A DNA stretch of 64,000 nucleotides from Gammaproteobacteria bacterium (GCA_015488755.1 WFNB01000025.1:745-64744); one strand, 5' to 3'; positions 9,976-20,506 are shown, counted from the first letter of the stretch. The notes: a model not told the origin generated them from the sequence alone. A program made the numbers and translations.

Positions 9976-10128
9976 CATAGCTTGGTACTTAAGCATGTCT
10001 GAGGCAGGATAACTCTGTATTTACTACGCAAGACGCCGTAAATCCATCCCTGGAGGCTTTATTGCCACATCCATGTGGCAAAAACTTCCTCCGTAAACAC
10101 AGAGTTATCTTTAAGTACCTATGTATGA
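9976..10128 (+). mobile_element. MITE-like structured element, copy A
   Basis: About 153 bp with terminal inverted repeats ending in GGTACTTAAG / CTTAAGTACC. Flanked by the 9-nt direct repeat GTTCACGTT (9967-9975 and 10129-10137). Near-identical to 31037-31189. Confidence 0.8.
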
Positions 10129-10289
10129 GTTCACGTTAAATAGGATAACTATAAATTCTTAAGAGAACATTAAGAGGATTATATGGTGCGTAAAACTGTG
10201 AACAAGTTCACTGCTTTAAATTTATGGTAGATTTATGGCTAGGAGCAAAATGAATTGAGAAAAGAAGAAAAAGAATAAGGCCTATAGAG

Positions 10290-10322
10290 CAAAATAAGTC
10301 CACCCTAAATAAAGGTGAACTT
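10290..10322 (-). terminator. Putative rho-independent terminator after prk
   Basis: On the minus strand, AAGTTCACC-N9-GGTGGACTT (one mismatch) followed by ATTTTG. Confidence 0.4.
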
Positions 10323-10349
10323 ACTGCAGATAGAAAATAACTATTAGTC

Positions 10350-11210
10350 CTAGCCTTTAGCTTTTTCCATTAACTCATGAATTCTTGGGGCAAGAATGAG
10401 TTCCATAGCAAAACCCATTTTACTGCCTGGCACCACCATATTGTTACGCCGAGACATGAATGAATCTGGGATCATATTTAATAAGTATGGGAAATCAACA
10501 TTGTCAGGATCTTTAAAGCGGATCACAATAAAGCTTTCATCGGGTGTTGGAATATCACGAGCAATAAAAGGGTTAGAGGTATCTACTGTTGGTACGCGCT
10601 GGAAATTAATATCAGTACGAGAGAACTGAGGGGTAATATAATTTACATAATCAGGCATACGGCGCAAGATAGTATCAACAATTGCTTCAGCAGAATAACC
10701 ACGCTGTGAATTATCACGATGGATTTTTTGAATCCACTCTAGGTTAACAATAGGGACTACGCCAACTAATAAATCAACATATTTAGAGACATCATCATCA
10801 CCATCTTTGGCACCACCGTGTAGACCTTCATAAAATAATAAGTCAGTGTCGGAAGGAATATTTTCCCATTCGGTAAATTGTCCCGCTGTTAGTGGTGCAT
10901 AAGGTGCAGCTTCTTCATGGCTATGCAGATAATAACGGCGTTTGCACATGCCGGTCTCACCATATTCCTTAAAGGTTTCAGATAAAATATCAAAGTGATT
11001 GGCTTCAGGCCCAAAGTGGCTGAAGGTATCACCTTTTTCTTCTACCGCTACTTTCATAGCAGCACGATCGTAGCGGTGATAACTATCGCCTTCAATTATT
11101 GCTGGATTGATGTTCTCGCGAAAGAAAATGTGCTCAAAGGCATCTTTAACGGTAGTTGTACCGGCACCTGAAGAACCTGTTACTGCAACAACTGGGTGTT
11201 TACTAGACAT
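10350..11210 (-). CDS. prk: Phosphoribulokinase
   Basis: HPVVAVTGSSGAGTTTVKDAFEHIF P-loop N-terminus and full-length resemblance to bacterial PRK/CbbP. Confidence 0.93.
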   Translation of the reverse strand: MSSKHPVVAVTGSSGAGTTTVKDAFEHIFFRENINPAIIEGDSYHRYDRAAMKVAVEEKGDTFSHFGPEANHFDILSETFKEYGETGMCKRRYYLHSHEEAAPYAPLTAGQFTEWENIPSDTDLLFYEGLHGGAKDGDDDVSKYVDLLVGVVPIVNLEWIQKIHRDNSQRGYSAEAIVDTILRRMPDYVNYITPQFSRTDINFQRVPTVDTSNPFIARDIPTPDESFIVIRFKDPDNVDFPYLLNMIPDSFMSRRNNMVVPGSKMGFAMELILAPRIHELMEKAKG

Positions 11211-11310
11211 AATGTATTCCTTGTTAATGAACCGAATAAGGCTAAGTCTATCCTACTCTTATTCAGTGACCTGAAATTTGTTTATGGATATTAACCTATT
11301 TTTTAGTGAC

Positions 11311-12606
11311 TTACAATTTCCCTGATGTCTCTCTGGCAATAGCACGGTAGCCAATATCAGTACGATAGAAGCTGTCTTGCCAGTGGATTTTAGCAACTTT
11401 TTCATAGACATTTTTATGGGCTTCGCTGACATTATTGCCAAGAGCAACCATGCATAGGACACGGCCACCATTGGTAATGACTTGGCCATCTTTATCGGCA
11501 GTACCAGCATGAAACACTTTTGTGTTATTACTATCAACCTGATCCAAGCCTTCAATAATATGGCCATTATCATAAGCATCAGGATAGCCCCCTGATGCCA
11601 TAACAATACCGATAGCGGCTCTACTGTCCCATTGCGCATTGATTGTATCAAGTTTATGAGCAATAGCGGCTTGACATAACTCAATTAAATCAGATTGTAA
11701 ACGCATCATAATAGGTTGGGTTTCAGGGTCACCAAAACGACAATTGTATTCTAAAACTTTTAACTCACCGTTGGGAGCGATCATCAGACCGGCATAAAGA
11801 AAGCCTGTGTAGTCATTGCCTTCGGCCGCCATACCCTCAATAGTCGGTATAATAACGCTTTGCATAACTTTTTCGGTAATTTCATCTGTGACAACAGGTG
11901 CAGGGGAATAAGCCCCCATACCGCCCGTATTTGGGCCTTGATCACCATTATCACGAGCCTTATGGTCCTGTGATGTAGCTAGAGGGAGAATGTTTTTGCC
12001 ATCGGCCATAACAATAAAGCTGGCTTCTTCACCCGTTAAAAATTCTTCAATAACAACACGATGTCCGGCCTCACCAAAGCGGTTTCCGGCCAGCATGTCT
12101 TTAATGGCATCAATGGCCTCTTGTTCAGTTTGGGCGACAATAACCCCTTTGCCTGCTGCTAAACCATCGGCTTTTACGACGATGGGAGCACCTTGTTGTT
12201 TGACATAGGCAATGGCAGGTTCTATTTGGGTAAAGTTTTCATAGGCAGCAGTAGGAATGTTATGGCGAGCTAAAAAATCTTTAGTGAAAGCCTTAGAGCC
12301 TTCTAATTGTGCGGCACCCTGTGTGGGACCAAAGATAGCTAAGCCTTGAGCATTAAACTGATCGACAATGCCCAGTACAAGTGGGGCTTCTGGGCCAACG
12401 ATGGTGAGCTCGATGTTATTGTCTTTGACAAATTGGATAAGGGCACTGATGTCAGTGACACCAATATCAACATTACTTAGGTTTTTCTCTCTTAATGTAC
12501 CGGCATTACCTGGAGCAACAAAGACTTCATCTACTTGAGGTGATTGTGCTGCCTTCCATGCTAGAGCGTGTTCACGACCACCATTACCGATGACTAAAAT
12601 TTTCAT
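11311..12606 (-). CDS. purD: Phosphoribosylamine-glycine ligase
   Basis: MKILVIGNGGREHALAWK N-terminus and ATP-grasp blocks. Confidence 0.95.
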   Translation of the reverse strand: MKILVIGNGGREHALAWKAAQSPQVDEVFVAPGNAGTLREKNLSNVDIGVTDISALIQFVKDNNIELTIVGPEAPLVLGIVDQFNAQGLAIFGPTQGAAQLEGSKAFTKDFLARHNIPTAAYENFTQIEPAIAYVKQQGAPIVVKADGLAAGKGVIVAQTEQEAIDAIKDMLAGNRFGEAGHRVVIEEFLTGEEASFIVMADGKNILPLATSQDHKARDNGDQGPNTGGMGAYSPAPVVTDEITEKVMQSVIIPTIEGMAAEGNDYTGFLYAGLMIAPNGELKVLEYNCRFGDPETQPIMMRLQSDLIELCQAAIAHKLDTINAQWDSRAAIGIVMASGGYPDAYDNGHIIEGLDQVDSNNTKVFHAGTADKDGQVITNGGRVLCMVALGNNVSEAHKNVYEKVAKIHWQDSFYRTDIGYRAIARETSGKL

Positions 12607-12680
12607 GCTATGATCCCATTGATAATTAAATGCGCCATTTTAGCATGTTGTGAAAAGGTTTGTCTTTGCTTATTAGGGGC

Positions 12681-13631
12681 TTATCGAGCCACTTCCTGAT
12701 AACCCATCTCAATGGATTGATTGAGCTTTTTATAGATCTCATCAATCACTTCTTTAACATTGGGCTCTTCGTCTTCACTGCCTTGCTTTTGGGTAATACT
12801 CATGGCCATAGCACAGTGAATATTGAGGAAGCCGCCTGTAGTTTTGTAGGTGCGATGGTTAACATCATTTAAAATACGTTTAAAACTGGCGCCACGGGCG
12901 TTGTATTCATTGCTGCTGTATATCGCAATGAGAAATTCATCGGGTTTAAGGTGACCCACAAGGTCAATAGGGCGGACTTGCTGGCAGATACGGTTGGTGA
13001 CATTGATTAATAGCTGTTCGGCAACGCTCTGACCGTATTGTTGGGCAATGTTATCTAAATCAGTAATTTTTAAAATAGCAGTACAGGTGGCACCGCCACG
13101 GGAGAGTGTTTGTTTTAATGGTGCCTTAAGTCGCCTTTGGGTGTCTTCTAATCGACCGAGACCGGTAATGTTATTTACCGTACATTCGCGTTCAAAGAGG
13201 CGTTTTAGGGTTTCAGTGGTCTGTAAGAGATCATTTTGAATATTAGCAACACGACCAGTAGAATAGATTCTCGCGGCTAAGTCAATTTGATTGGGTGGTT
13301 TGACAATGTAATCATCAACACCTTCCTCAAATGCAGTGCGGATAGAAGCAATATCATCTTTGGCTGTTAGTAATACAATCCCTGTATAGCGATGTTGTTC
13401 TTTATCCATTTTGCGAATGTGTTTTGCCAGCTCCAGACCATCCATTTCAGGCATAAGCCAATCGGCTAAGACGACATCAACAGGCTTCTTTTTTAAGCGT
13501 TCTAATGCCTCAGGGGCATTATTGACGACATCAATGCTTTGATAGCCTTCTTTTTTTAAGGCTCGACGAATGACTTCACAACTGAATTTCATATCATCAA
13601 CAACCAAAATGCTTAATGAATCACGCAACAT
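12681..13631 (-). CDS. Response regulator: REC domain fused to a degenerate GGDEF domain
   Basis: REC blocks ILVVDD and VVLADWLMPEMDG. The C-terminal GGDEF fold has RPID (RxxD) retained five residues before KPDEF, in place of GGDEF. Confidence 0.8.
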   Translation of the reverse strand: MLRDSLSILVVDDMKFSCEVIRRALKKEGYQSIDVVNNAPEALERLKKKPVDVVLADWLMPEMDGLELAKHIRKMDKEQHRYTGIVLLTAKDDIASIRTAFEEGVDDYIVKPPNQIDLAARIYSTGRVANIQNDLLQTTETLKRLFERECTVNNITGLGRLEDTQRRLKAPLKQTLSRGGATCTAILKITDLDNIAQQYGQSVAEQLLINVTNRICQQVRPIDLVGHLKPDEFLIAIYSSNEYNARGASFKRILNDVNHRTYKTTGGFLNIHCAMAMSITQKQGSEDEEPNVKEVIDEIYKKLNQSIEMGYQEVAR

Positions 13632-13857
13632 TTGAATACCGTTTTTATTATTTTAAAGTATGAATCTAAACTAGATTCATTGGAAAAGAATGCTTGTTTG
13701 CAATATAAAGAGCTATACCTATTTTATTTTTGTTATTATGGTACCTACGAGATTTTATTATAAAGACGTGCATAGCTTTTATAAGGTAATCATAACAGTA
13801 CACCACACTAACGTAAATAGTTAAAAAATAACAGTAACTTATTCACAAGAATAATCA

Positions 13858-15195
13858 ATGATAAAAATTTTACATACGGCAGATTGGCATCTTGGGCATC
13901 GTTTGCATGGTGTTTCCAGAGTTTTTGAACATCAGAAGTTTCTTTGCTGGTTGGTCAAGCAACTTCAGGAAACACGGGCGGATGCCTTGCTTATTTGTGG
14001 TGATGTTTTCGATTCTGCTAATCCACCTGCTCAGGCACAGTCCATGTTCTATGATTTTTTGCTGCAAGCGAAACAATGTTGCCCTCAATTGGATATTGTT
14101 ATTATTGGTGGTAATCATGATTCAGCCTTAAGGCTCGAAGCTCCGGCACAATTATTGGCTAGTATGGGGATTCGGGTGATTGGTGGCTTGCATTCTCTAC
14201 GCAATGAGGGACATAAGCAAGCAATTGACTGGCAACAACTTATCGTGCCTCTGACCAATAATAAGGGTGAAGTAAAAGGGCTCTGTGGTGCAATGCCTTT
14301 TATCCGCAATGCTGATCTGAGCCATGAACCATGTGTTGAAAATGAAACGGATCCATTGATAGCGGGTGTCAAATCTTTATACCATGGCTTGTATCTAGCT
14401 ATGCAAGACTATCAAGAAGAACATCATTTATCTGATGTCGCACAAGTGTTTACAGGGCATTGTTATATGGTCGGTAGTGAAGTTTCGCAGTTAAGTGAGA
14501 GACGGATCTTAGGTGGTAATCAGCATGCATTACCAGCCAATTTATTTGCCCAGACGATTGACTATGTTGCACTAGGGCATCTTCATAAAGCTCAAGAAGT
14601 AACCTATCGTTCTATTGATCCTAACAAGAATAAGACTAACCCACACATTCATTATAGTGGTTCGCCTATTCCCCTGTCTTTTTCCGAGCAAAATTACCCG
14701 CATCAAATTAAGTGCATCACTTGTGATAAATCGGCTAATAATAGAGAACACTCTGTGGTGGTACAAAGTATTGATATTCCCCGAGCCGTCACTATCTGTT
14801 CTATTCCAAATAATCACTATAGTCCCTTGTCAGAATTAGCAGCCTTATTAGATAAACAGGATTTTAAGTTGCGACAGAATAAAGAGCATGAATTGGGCAG
14901 TGATACCCCGATGTTGGAGATAAAAATTCTATTGGATAAACCAGAACCTGATGTGCGCCAACAAGTTGATGCGCTATTAGAGGATAAACAAGTACGCCTA
15001 TTAAAGCTTAGCTTGTCTTATTCTGGGCAAGGGGGAGCCTTGGCAGAACAACAAAAACAGGAGACTTTATTGGCACAATTACAACCTCATGATGTGTTTG
15101 AGCAATGTTATCAGCGTCAATTTGAGCAAGCCATGCCAATACAACTGCGTGCCTTATTTCAGCAATTATTGGAATCTGTTGAGGAAGAGCAATAA
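13858..15195 (+). CDS. sbcD: Exonuclease SbcCD, nuclease subunit D
   Basis: ILHTADWHLG, GDVFD and GGNHDS calcineurin-like phosphoesterase motifs. Confidence 0.9.
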   Translation: MIKILHTADWHLGHRLHGVSRVFEHQKFLCWLVKQLQETRADALLICGDVFDSANPPAQAQSMFYDFLLQAKQCCPQLDIVIIGGNHDSALRLEAPAQLLASMGIRVIGGLHSLRNEGHKQAIDWQQLIVPLTNNKGEVKGLCGAMPFIRNADLSHEPCVENETDPLIAGVKSLYHGLYLAMQDYQEEHHLSDVAQVFTGHCYMVGSEVSQLSERRILGGNQHALPANLFAQTIDYVALGHLHKAQEVTYRSIDPNKNKTNPHIHYSGSPIPLSFSEQNYPHQIKCITCDKSANNREHSVVVQSIDIPRAVTICSIPNNHYSPLSELAALLDKQDFKLRQNKEHELGSDTPMLEIKILLDKPEPDVRQQVDALLEDKQVRLLKLSLSYSGQGGALAEQQKQETLLAQLQPHDVFEQCYQRQFEQAMPIQLRALFQQLLESVEEEQ

Positions 15196-18100
15196 TGCGT
15201 ATTGTGCTTATTCGAGGTAAAAATCTGGCCAGTTTGCGAGGTGAATTTGAAGTCGCTCTGGATCAGCCACCTTTGGCACAAGCAGGCTTGTTTGCTATTA
15301 CTGGGCAAACAGGGGCAGGCAAGAGTACACTATTGGATGCTATGTGCCTAGCCTTATTTGATAAAATTCCACGGTTACTCAATAGCGTGCATGTCAAAGT
15401 TGGCCGTAGTGATGAAAGTGAAAAACATCGTATTGCCAGTAATGATGTAGCTTCTATTATCAGTCGAGGCACGGCTCATGCTTATGCCGAAGTAGAATTT
15501 ATTGGCATGGATAAATCACGTTATAAGGCTCGTTGGGAAGTAAAACGTGCTCGTAATAAAGTATCTGGCCGTTTGCAAAAGCAATCCATTACGTTTATAG
15601 ACTTGGGGCGTGATGAACGTATCGGACAAAATAAAAGTGATACCTTGGTATGTATTAGTGACAAAATTGGTTTAACGTTTGAACAATTTAGACGTTCCGT
15701 ACTTTTAGCTCAAGGTGATTTTGCGGCTTTTTTAAAAGCAAAAAGTGATGAACGTTCATCCTTACTAGAACGTATTACTGGAACAGAAATTTACTCACAA
15801 TTATCTATTGCCAGCTATCGGATGTTTCAAAATGAAGATCAATTATTATTACGACTAAAAGATAAAATCAATGCTGAAATACCTCTGCCAGATAATGAAC
15901 ATAATGATCTAAAAATAAAAAAAATGGAATTAGATGAGCAGTTATTACAATGCCATTATGTTGCAGATAATTGTCAGAAAGTGTTGCAATGGCATGAACA
16001 AAATACGCTTTTAGAAGAAAAATATCATGAGGCAAAGGCATTATTATCAGAATTAACCAATAAAAAAGAACAGCAAAACAGTCTCAGGCAAGAGCTTAAG
16101 ACTGTGCAAATGGTACAATATTTACGACCCTATGTGCAGCAGATAGAAAGTCTTAGTGTATTAAATAAGAAATTAGACAAACAAGTAAAGACACTGGATT
16201 GTGATTATAAAAAAAGGGCTAAGGAAGAGACTCAATTAAAAAATAGTCATACTCATATTCAGTTGCAATTATCGCTATCTAACAAAGATTATGATGCTCT
16301 TAAGCCCTTTATGGCACAGCTAAGAGTGCTGGATAAAGAGATAATCTGGCGAGCAGAAAACACACAACAACAAGCAGAAAAATATCATGATATAGCGTCC
16401 CGTTTACGCGAGCAAAAAAAACAATGTATTTCTCTTACTGATTATCATAGCAAACAAAAAAAAATCACTCTTTCTTTGCAGGAAACTAAAGAAAAATTAC
16501 AGCAACTTGATGCGGATTTATCAGGCTTGTCTTTGACAGAGTTAAATCAAAAAAAAGATGGCTATGTCGAGCAAGCAAGCCGTTTGCAACGCATTAATGA
16601 TACCTATCTTAGTTATAATCACATTGTTAAAAGCTTAGAATACATAAGCCAAGAAGGCAAAGACATTGATGTTCGTTTGGCGAGGCATAAACAAGACACA
16701 AAAGAGTATCAACAACAGTATCAACAGGCGCTTGCGGTGCGTGATGAGGCAAAAGATGCGCTGATGATTATGCAAGAGTCACTTTCTCAGGGGGCAAGTT
16801 CATTAAGAAGTATGCTTCAAGAGGATCAAGAATGCCCTGTCTGTGGCTCTCTAGAACATCCATGGTTTGAGCAAGAAACACGCTTACATGATAATTACCA
16901 AAAACAAAAAGAGCGTTTGCGGATCCGAGAAAAAAATAGTCAAGAAAAACAAGACTTACTCGCCGAGTCAGAGGCCATGGTTGGCAAAATTATTGTAGAG
17001 CAAACGGCTCAAGAAAAACAATATAAACAGTTAATTGTAGAGCTCACAAATATAGAAGCACAATGGCAAGTGTTTTTAGAACGCTGTCTGTTTTTAAAGC
17101 CCTTGAATGAGGATAAAAATGCCCTTGTTATTGAACATCAGATCAAACAAAATACCCAGCAATTAGAGCAGTGCAAACACGATCTGGCACAGGCGATCAG
17201 CTTGCAACAAGAGGTAAAAAAACAGCAAAAAATAAAAGATGATTATCTTAAACAAGAAAAAGACATTGTTTCTATTATCAATGAGCAAGCGATATTGGCT
17301 AGTACCATTAAGACAATAGAAAAACAAAGGGATGCTCAAAAAAAGGAGTTAGATGCCAGTGTTAAGATATTAAAGAGCGTTGAACTTGAGAGACAAAGCG
17401 TCTTTGATGACAATATGAAAGATCGCTTAAAAGAAATGAATTACCCAAAACTGCCTGATAATTGTGTTGTGGATAGTGATGATTTGGAACAGTTCTTTCT
17501 CGATACTATGAATCAACTCAATCAGCAATTTGAACAAAGTGCCAAGCAATTAGAACAGTGCCAAAAACAAGTGATTAATATTCAGCAAGAACGCCATTAT
17601 GCACATAAGAAATGTGTCGAGACACAGGATAAAAAAAGTGAACAGCAAGCACTTTTAGACAAAAAACTACTGCAACATTCTTTAAGTTTGGTGGTGCTTA
17701 GGGAAATATTAGCAAAAGATGAACACTGGATACAACATTCTCTTGATGAGATTCAGAACTTAGATAATGAATTGCTTAAAATTCAAACATTGCTACAGGA
17801 GAGGCAGCGTTTACGACACAATCATGAACAAAGCCGTCAAGTATTAATAAAACCTTTTAGTGACTTATCCGTTACTGAGTTAACTGAGCAGTCACTGCTA
17901 GAAGCCAATACGATTAAACGCATAGAGTTAGAAAAACAAGCCGTACTGGCTGCTTTAAAAGTAGATAATGATAAACGTCAACGTATAAAGCACTATCAAA
18001 AAGAATTACTGACTCAGCAAGCCTCATGGAATAATTATGCTATGCTTAATGAATTAATTGGTTCAGCCAATGGCCATAAGTTTCGTATTTTTGCCCAGAG

Positions 18101-18533
18101 TTTGACTTTAGAGACGCTATTAACTTATGCCAATGAACATCTTGATGATTTTGCCCGACGTTATCAATTACAGCGTGTACCGGCAACGGATTTAGATTTA
18201 CAAGTGATTGATCGTGATATGGCAGATGAGGTACGCAGTGTGCAAAGTCTTTCGGGGGGTGAAAGCTTTTTAGTTTCTCTTGCTCTGGCTTTGGGCTTAG
18301 CATCTTTATCATCAAGTCAGACCCAAGTAGAGTCTTTATTTATTGATGAAGGTTTTGGTTCTTTGGATCAAGAAACACTGGATATTGCCATTGCCAGTTT
18401 AGATACTTTGCAAGCATTAGGGCGTCAGGTGGGGGTGATTTCTCATGTGCCCATTTTAGTCGAGCGTATTGGTGTTCGTGTTATGGTGGAAAAAATAGGG
18501 GGAGGGCGGAGTCGAGTGAGTGTTGCTGGCTAG
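15195..18533 (+). CDS. sbcC: Exonuclease SbcCD, ATPase subunit C
   Basis: Walker A GQTGAGKST, long coiled coil with CPVC zinc hook, C-terminal LSGGESFLVSLALAL signature and FIDEGFG Walker B. Start overlaps the sbcD stop. Confidence 0.9.
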   Translation: MRIVLIRGKNLASLRGEFEVALDQPPLAQAGLFAITGQTGAGKSTLLDAMCLALFDKIPRLLNSVHVKVGRSDESEKHRIASNDVASIISRGTAHAYAEVEFIGMDKSRYKARWEVKRARNKVSGRLQKQSITFIDLGRDERIGQNKSDTLVCISDKIGLTFEQFRRSVLLAQGDFAAFLKAKSDERSSLLERITGTEIYSQLSIASYRMFQNEDQLLLRLKDKINAEIPLPDNEHNDLKIKKMELDEQLLQCHYVADNCQKVLQWHEQNTLLEEKYHEAKALLSELTNKKEQQNSLRQELKTVQMVQYLRPYVQQIESLSVLNKKLDKQVKTLDCDYKKRAKEETQLKNSHTHIQLQLSLSNKDYDALKPFMAQLRVLDKEIIWRAENTQQQAEKYHDIASRLREQKKQCISLTDYHSKQKKITLSLQETKEKLQQLDADLSGLSLTELNQKKDGYVEQASRLQRINDTYLSYNHIVKSLEYISQEGKDIDVRLARHKQDTKEYQQQYQQALAVRDEAKDALMIMQESLSQGASSLRSMLQEDQECPVCGSLEHPWFEQETRLHDNYQKQKERLRIREKNSQEKQDLLAESEAMVGKIIVEQTAQEKQYKQLIVELTNIEAQWQVFLERCLFLKPLNEDKNALVIEHQIKQNTQQLEQCKHDLAQAISLQQEVKKQQKIKDDYLKQEKDIVSIINEQAILASTIKTIEKQRDAQKKELDASVKILKSVELERQSVFDDNMKDRLKEMNYPKLPDNCVVDSDDLEQFFLDTMNQLNQQFEQSAKQLEQCQKQVINIQQERHYAHKKCVETQDKKSEQQALLDKKLLQHSLSLVVLREILAKDEHWIQHSLDEIQNLDNELLKIQTLLQERQRLRHNHEQSRQVLIKPFSDLSVTELTEQSLLEANTIKRIELEKQAVLAALKVDNDKRQRIKHYQKELLTQQASWNNYAMLNELIGSANGHKFRIFAQSLTLETLLTYANEHLDDFARRYQLQRVPATDLDLQVIDRDMADEVRSVQSLSGGESFLVSLALALGLASLSSSQTQVESLFIDEGFGSLDQETLDIAIASLDTLQALGRQVGVISHVPILVERIGVRVMVEKIGGGRSRVSVAG

Positions 18534-18551
18534 TGTTTTTTGCTGTTCAGA

Positions 18552-18579
18552 CTTGAAACTGCATAACTCAGCCTTATGT
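18552..18579 (+). promoter_or_regulatory. Sigma32-type promoter candidate upstream of hrcA
   Basis: CTTGAAA-N13-CCTTATGT compared with the consensus CTTGAAA-N13/14-CCCCATNT. Confidence 0.5.
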
Positions 18580-18643
18580 ACATTTTATTGGTAACATACC
18601 TATTAGCCAACCCTATTCGCTAACCCTTAAGAAGCCTTATATT

Positions 18644-19690
18644 GTGACCAAAAAGCAATTATTTGATGAACGCAGCAATCAATTGATGAAAGTGCTGGTC
18701 GAGTCTTATATTCATGATGGTTTACCTGTGGGTTCTAAAGCATTAGTTGAGTCATCAGGGCTAAAAGTGAGTCCAGCGACTATACGCAATATCATGTCAG
18801 ATTTAGAAAAAATGGGCTTGATTCATGCGCCTCATACCTCTGCAGGACGTGTGCCGACGGTACAAGGCTACCGCCTGTTTGTGGACTCTTTATTACATGT
18901 TAAACAACCAGACTCATCCCTATTAACAAGCTTAACATCACAAATTCAAGAGGCTAATGAGCAGAGTAAAATACTTGAAAATGCGACTGAGATATTATCA
19001 GGTATGACTCAAATGGCAGGCTTAGTCGTGTTGCCAAAAAAAGAACTTGTATCACTGAGTCAGGTGGAATTTATCCCCCTGTCAAATAAGCGTATCTTAG
19101 CGGTTTTAGTACAAAGTGATAATGAAGTGCAAAATAGGGTGTTGCAAACGGAGCAAGACTATTCGTTGACGCAATTACAGCAGATGAGTCATTACCTTAA
19201 TACTCTCCTTGCTGGAAAATCCATTAAAAGTGTCTGCCAAGTACTCTTGCAAGAAATGGATAATACTCGTCAACAAATGGATGGTATGATGCGTTCGGCC
19301 ATAGAAATGGCCAGCCACGCCTTTGCCCAACATCATGAAGAGCAAGATGATTTTATGATCAGCGGTGAAACCAATCTAATGCAATATAATGATATTGCTA
19401 ATATGGATCGTATGCGTCAGTTATTTGAAGCCTTTCATGAGAAACAGCACATTCTTAGTTTATTGAATCAGGTCAGTGATGCCGAAGGCGTGCAATTATT
19501 TATTGGTCAGGAGTCAGGCTACCACCCATTAGATGAATGTTCAGTGGTTGCTGCACCGTATCAAATTGATGGCCAAAGTATGGGCGTTCTCGGTGTGATT
19601 GGCCCTACTCGAATGGCCTATGATAAAGTGATCCCTATTGTTGATTTAACCGCAAAATTACTCTCTTCAGCCTTGAATCAGGAAAATTAA
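18644..19690 (+). CDS. hrcA: Heat-inducible transcription repressor HrcA
   Basis: N-terminal LPVGSKAL winged-helix block, family length, position before grpE. GTG start. Confidence 0.9.
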   Translation: MTKKQLFDERSNQLMKVLVESYIHDGLPVGSKALVESSGLKVSPATIRNIMSDLEKMGLIHAPHTSAGRVPTVQGYRLFVDSLLHVKQPDSSLLTSLTSQIQEANEQSKILENATEILSGMTQMAGLVVLPKKELVSLSQVEFIPLSNKRILAVLVQSDNEVQNRVLQTEQDYSLTQLQQMSHYLNTLLAGKSIKSVCQVLLQEMDNTRQQMDGMMRSAIEMASHAFAQHHEEQDDFMISGETNLMQYNDIANMDRMRQLFEAFHEKQHILSLLNQVSDAEGVQLFIGQESGYHPLDECSVVAAPYQIDGQSMGVLGVIGPTRMAYDKVIPIVDLTAKLLSSALNQEN

Positions 19691-19824
19691 TCCCTATCTA
19701 TTAGTGGCACAAAAGCTATTACCACATTTTTTATCTGAATTAAGGGCTGTTTTTCAGATAATTACTAAAATACTATTAAGCAAAAAGATAAGTCAAAAAT
19801 AAAGAGAATAATCAGGATTTTATA

Positions 19825-20451
19825 ATGTCAGATGAACAAAAAATTGATGAGCAAGCACAAGAAGAAATAGAAACTCCGGTTGCGCAAGAGATTGATAACA
19901 ATACTGATGTTGATCTTGAAACGGCTAATAACATCGCTAAAGAAGAAGTCGTTGATGAACTGGCAGCCTTAGAAGCAGAAGAATTAATTGCCCGTATTAA
20001 ACAGGCTCAGGCCAAAGCGGATGAAAATTGGGATGTCGCATTACGCACGAAAGCTGAAATGGAAAATGTACGTCGTCGTACAGAAAAAGAAGTGGCTAAT
20101 GCTCGCAAGTTTGGCATTGAAAAAATGATTAATGAAATTTTGCCTGTTAAAGATTCTATGGAATTGGGTTTGAATGCTGTCATAGAGATGGATATCGAAG
20201 ATGAATCCGTACATAAAATTCGTGAAGGTATGGAATTGACCTTGAAAATGATGGTAGATGCCTTAACTAAAATTGGTATTAGTGATATTGCTCCTCAGGA
20301 AGGGGATGCGTTTAATGCCGAGTTTCATCAGGCAATGTCCATGCAGGAAGTTCCCGGTAAAGAGTCCAATACGATTATTGCGGTGATGCAAAAAGGCTAT
20401 TTACTTAATGAGCGTCTTCTTCGTCCTGCTATGGTAATGGTTGCCAAATAG
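19825..20451 (+). CDS. grpE: Nucleotide exchange factor GrpE
   Basis: Acidic N-terminus, ENVRRRTEKE block, and position between hrcA and dnaK. Confidence 0.93.
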   Translation: MSDEQKIDEQAQEEIETPVAQEIDNNTDVDLETANNIAKEEVVDELAALEAEELIARIKQAQAKADENWDVALRTKAEMENVRRRTEKEVANARKFGIEKMINEILPVKDSMELGLNAVIEMDIEDESVHKIREGMELTLKMMVDALTKIGISDIAPQEGDAFNAEFHQAMSMQEVPGKESNTIIAVMQKGYLLNERLLRPAMVMVAK

Positions 20452-20506
20452 TTATCGAAAATTATAAATAGTAACAAGAGCTTATTTGTAAAAATATAAA
20501 TAACCT

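Noticed and set aside
11259-11684. Antisense or shadow ORFs inside strongly supported genes (also 677-862, 2337-2681, 6873-7175, 13870-14372, 22394-22618, 55871-56320, 56981-57421, 62068-62337 and similar)
   Set aside because: They fall entirely within or opposite genes with clear family signatures. They have odd, low-complexity composition and no ribosome-binding sites.
13858-18533. Nuclease plus long coiled-coil ATPase pair considered as a defence system (Wadjet, Lamassu or Gabija-like)
   Set aside because: The motifs (calcineurin-type nuclease, Rad50-like ATPase with CPVC zinc hook), sizes, overlapping start/stop and lack of extra partner genes fit housekeeping SbcCD.
19701-19727. TTAGTGGCAC...TTACCACAT downstream of hrcA considered as a CIRCE element. 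TGGCAC here and at 23873 was also considered as a sigma54 -24 box.
   Set aside because: The two halves are not inverted repeats of each other and match CIRCE poorly. No TTGC -12 element follows at the required spacing.
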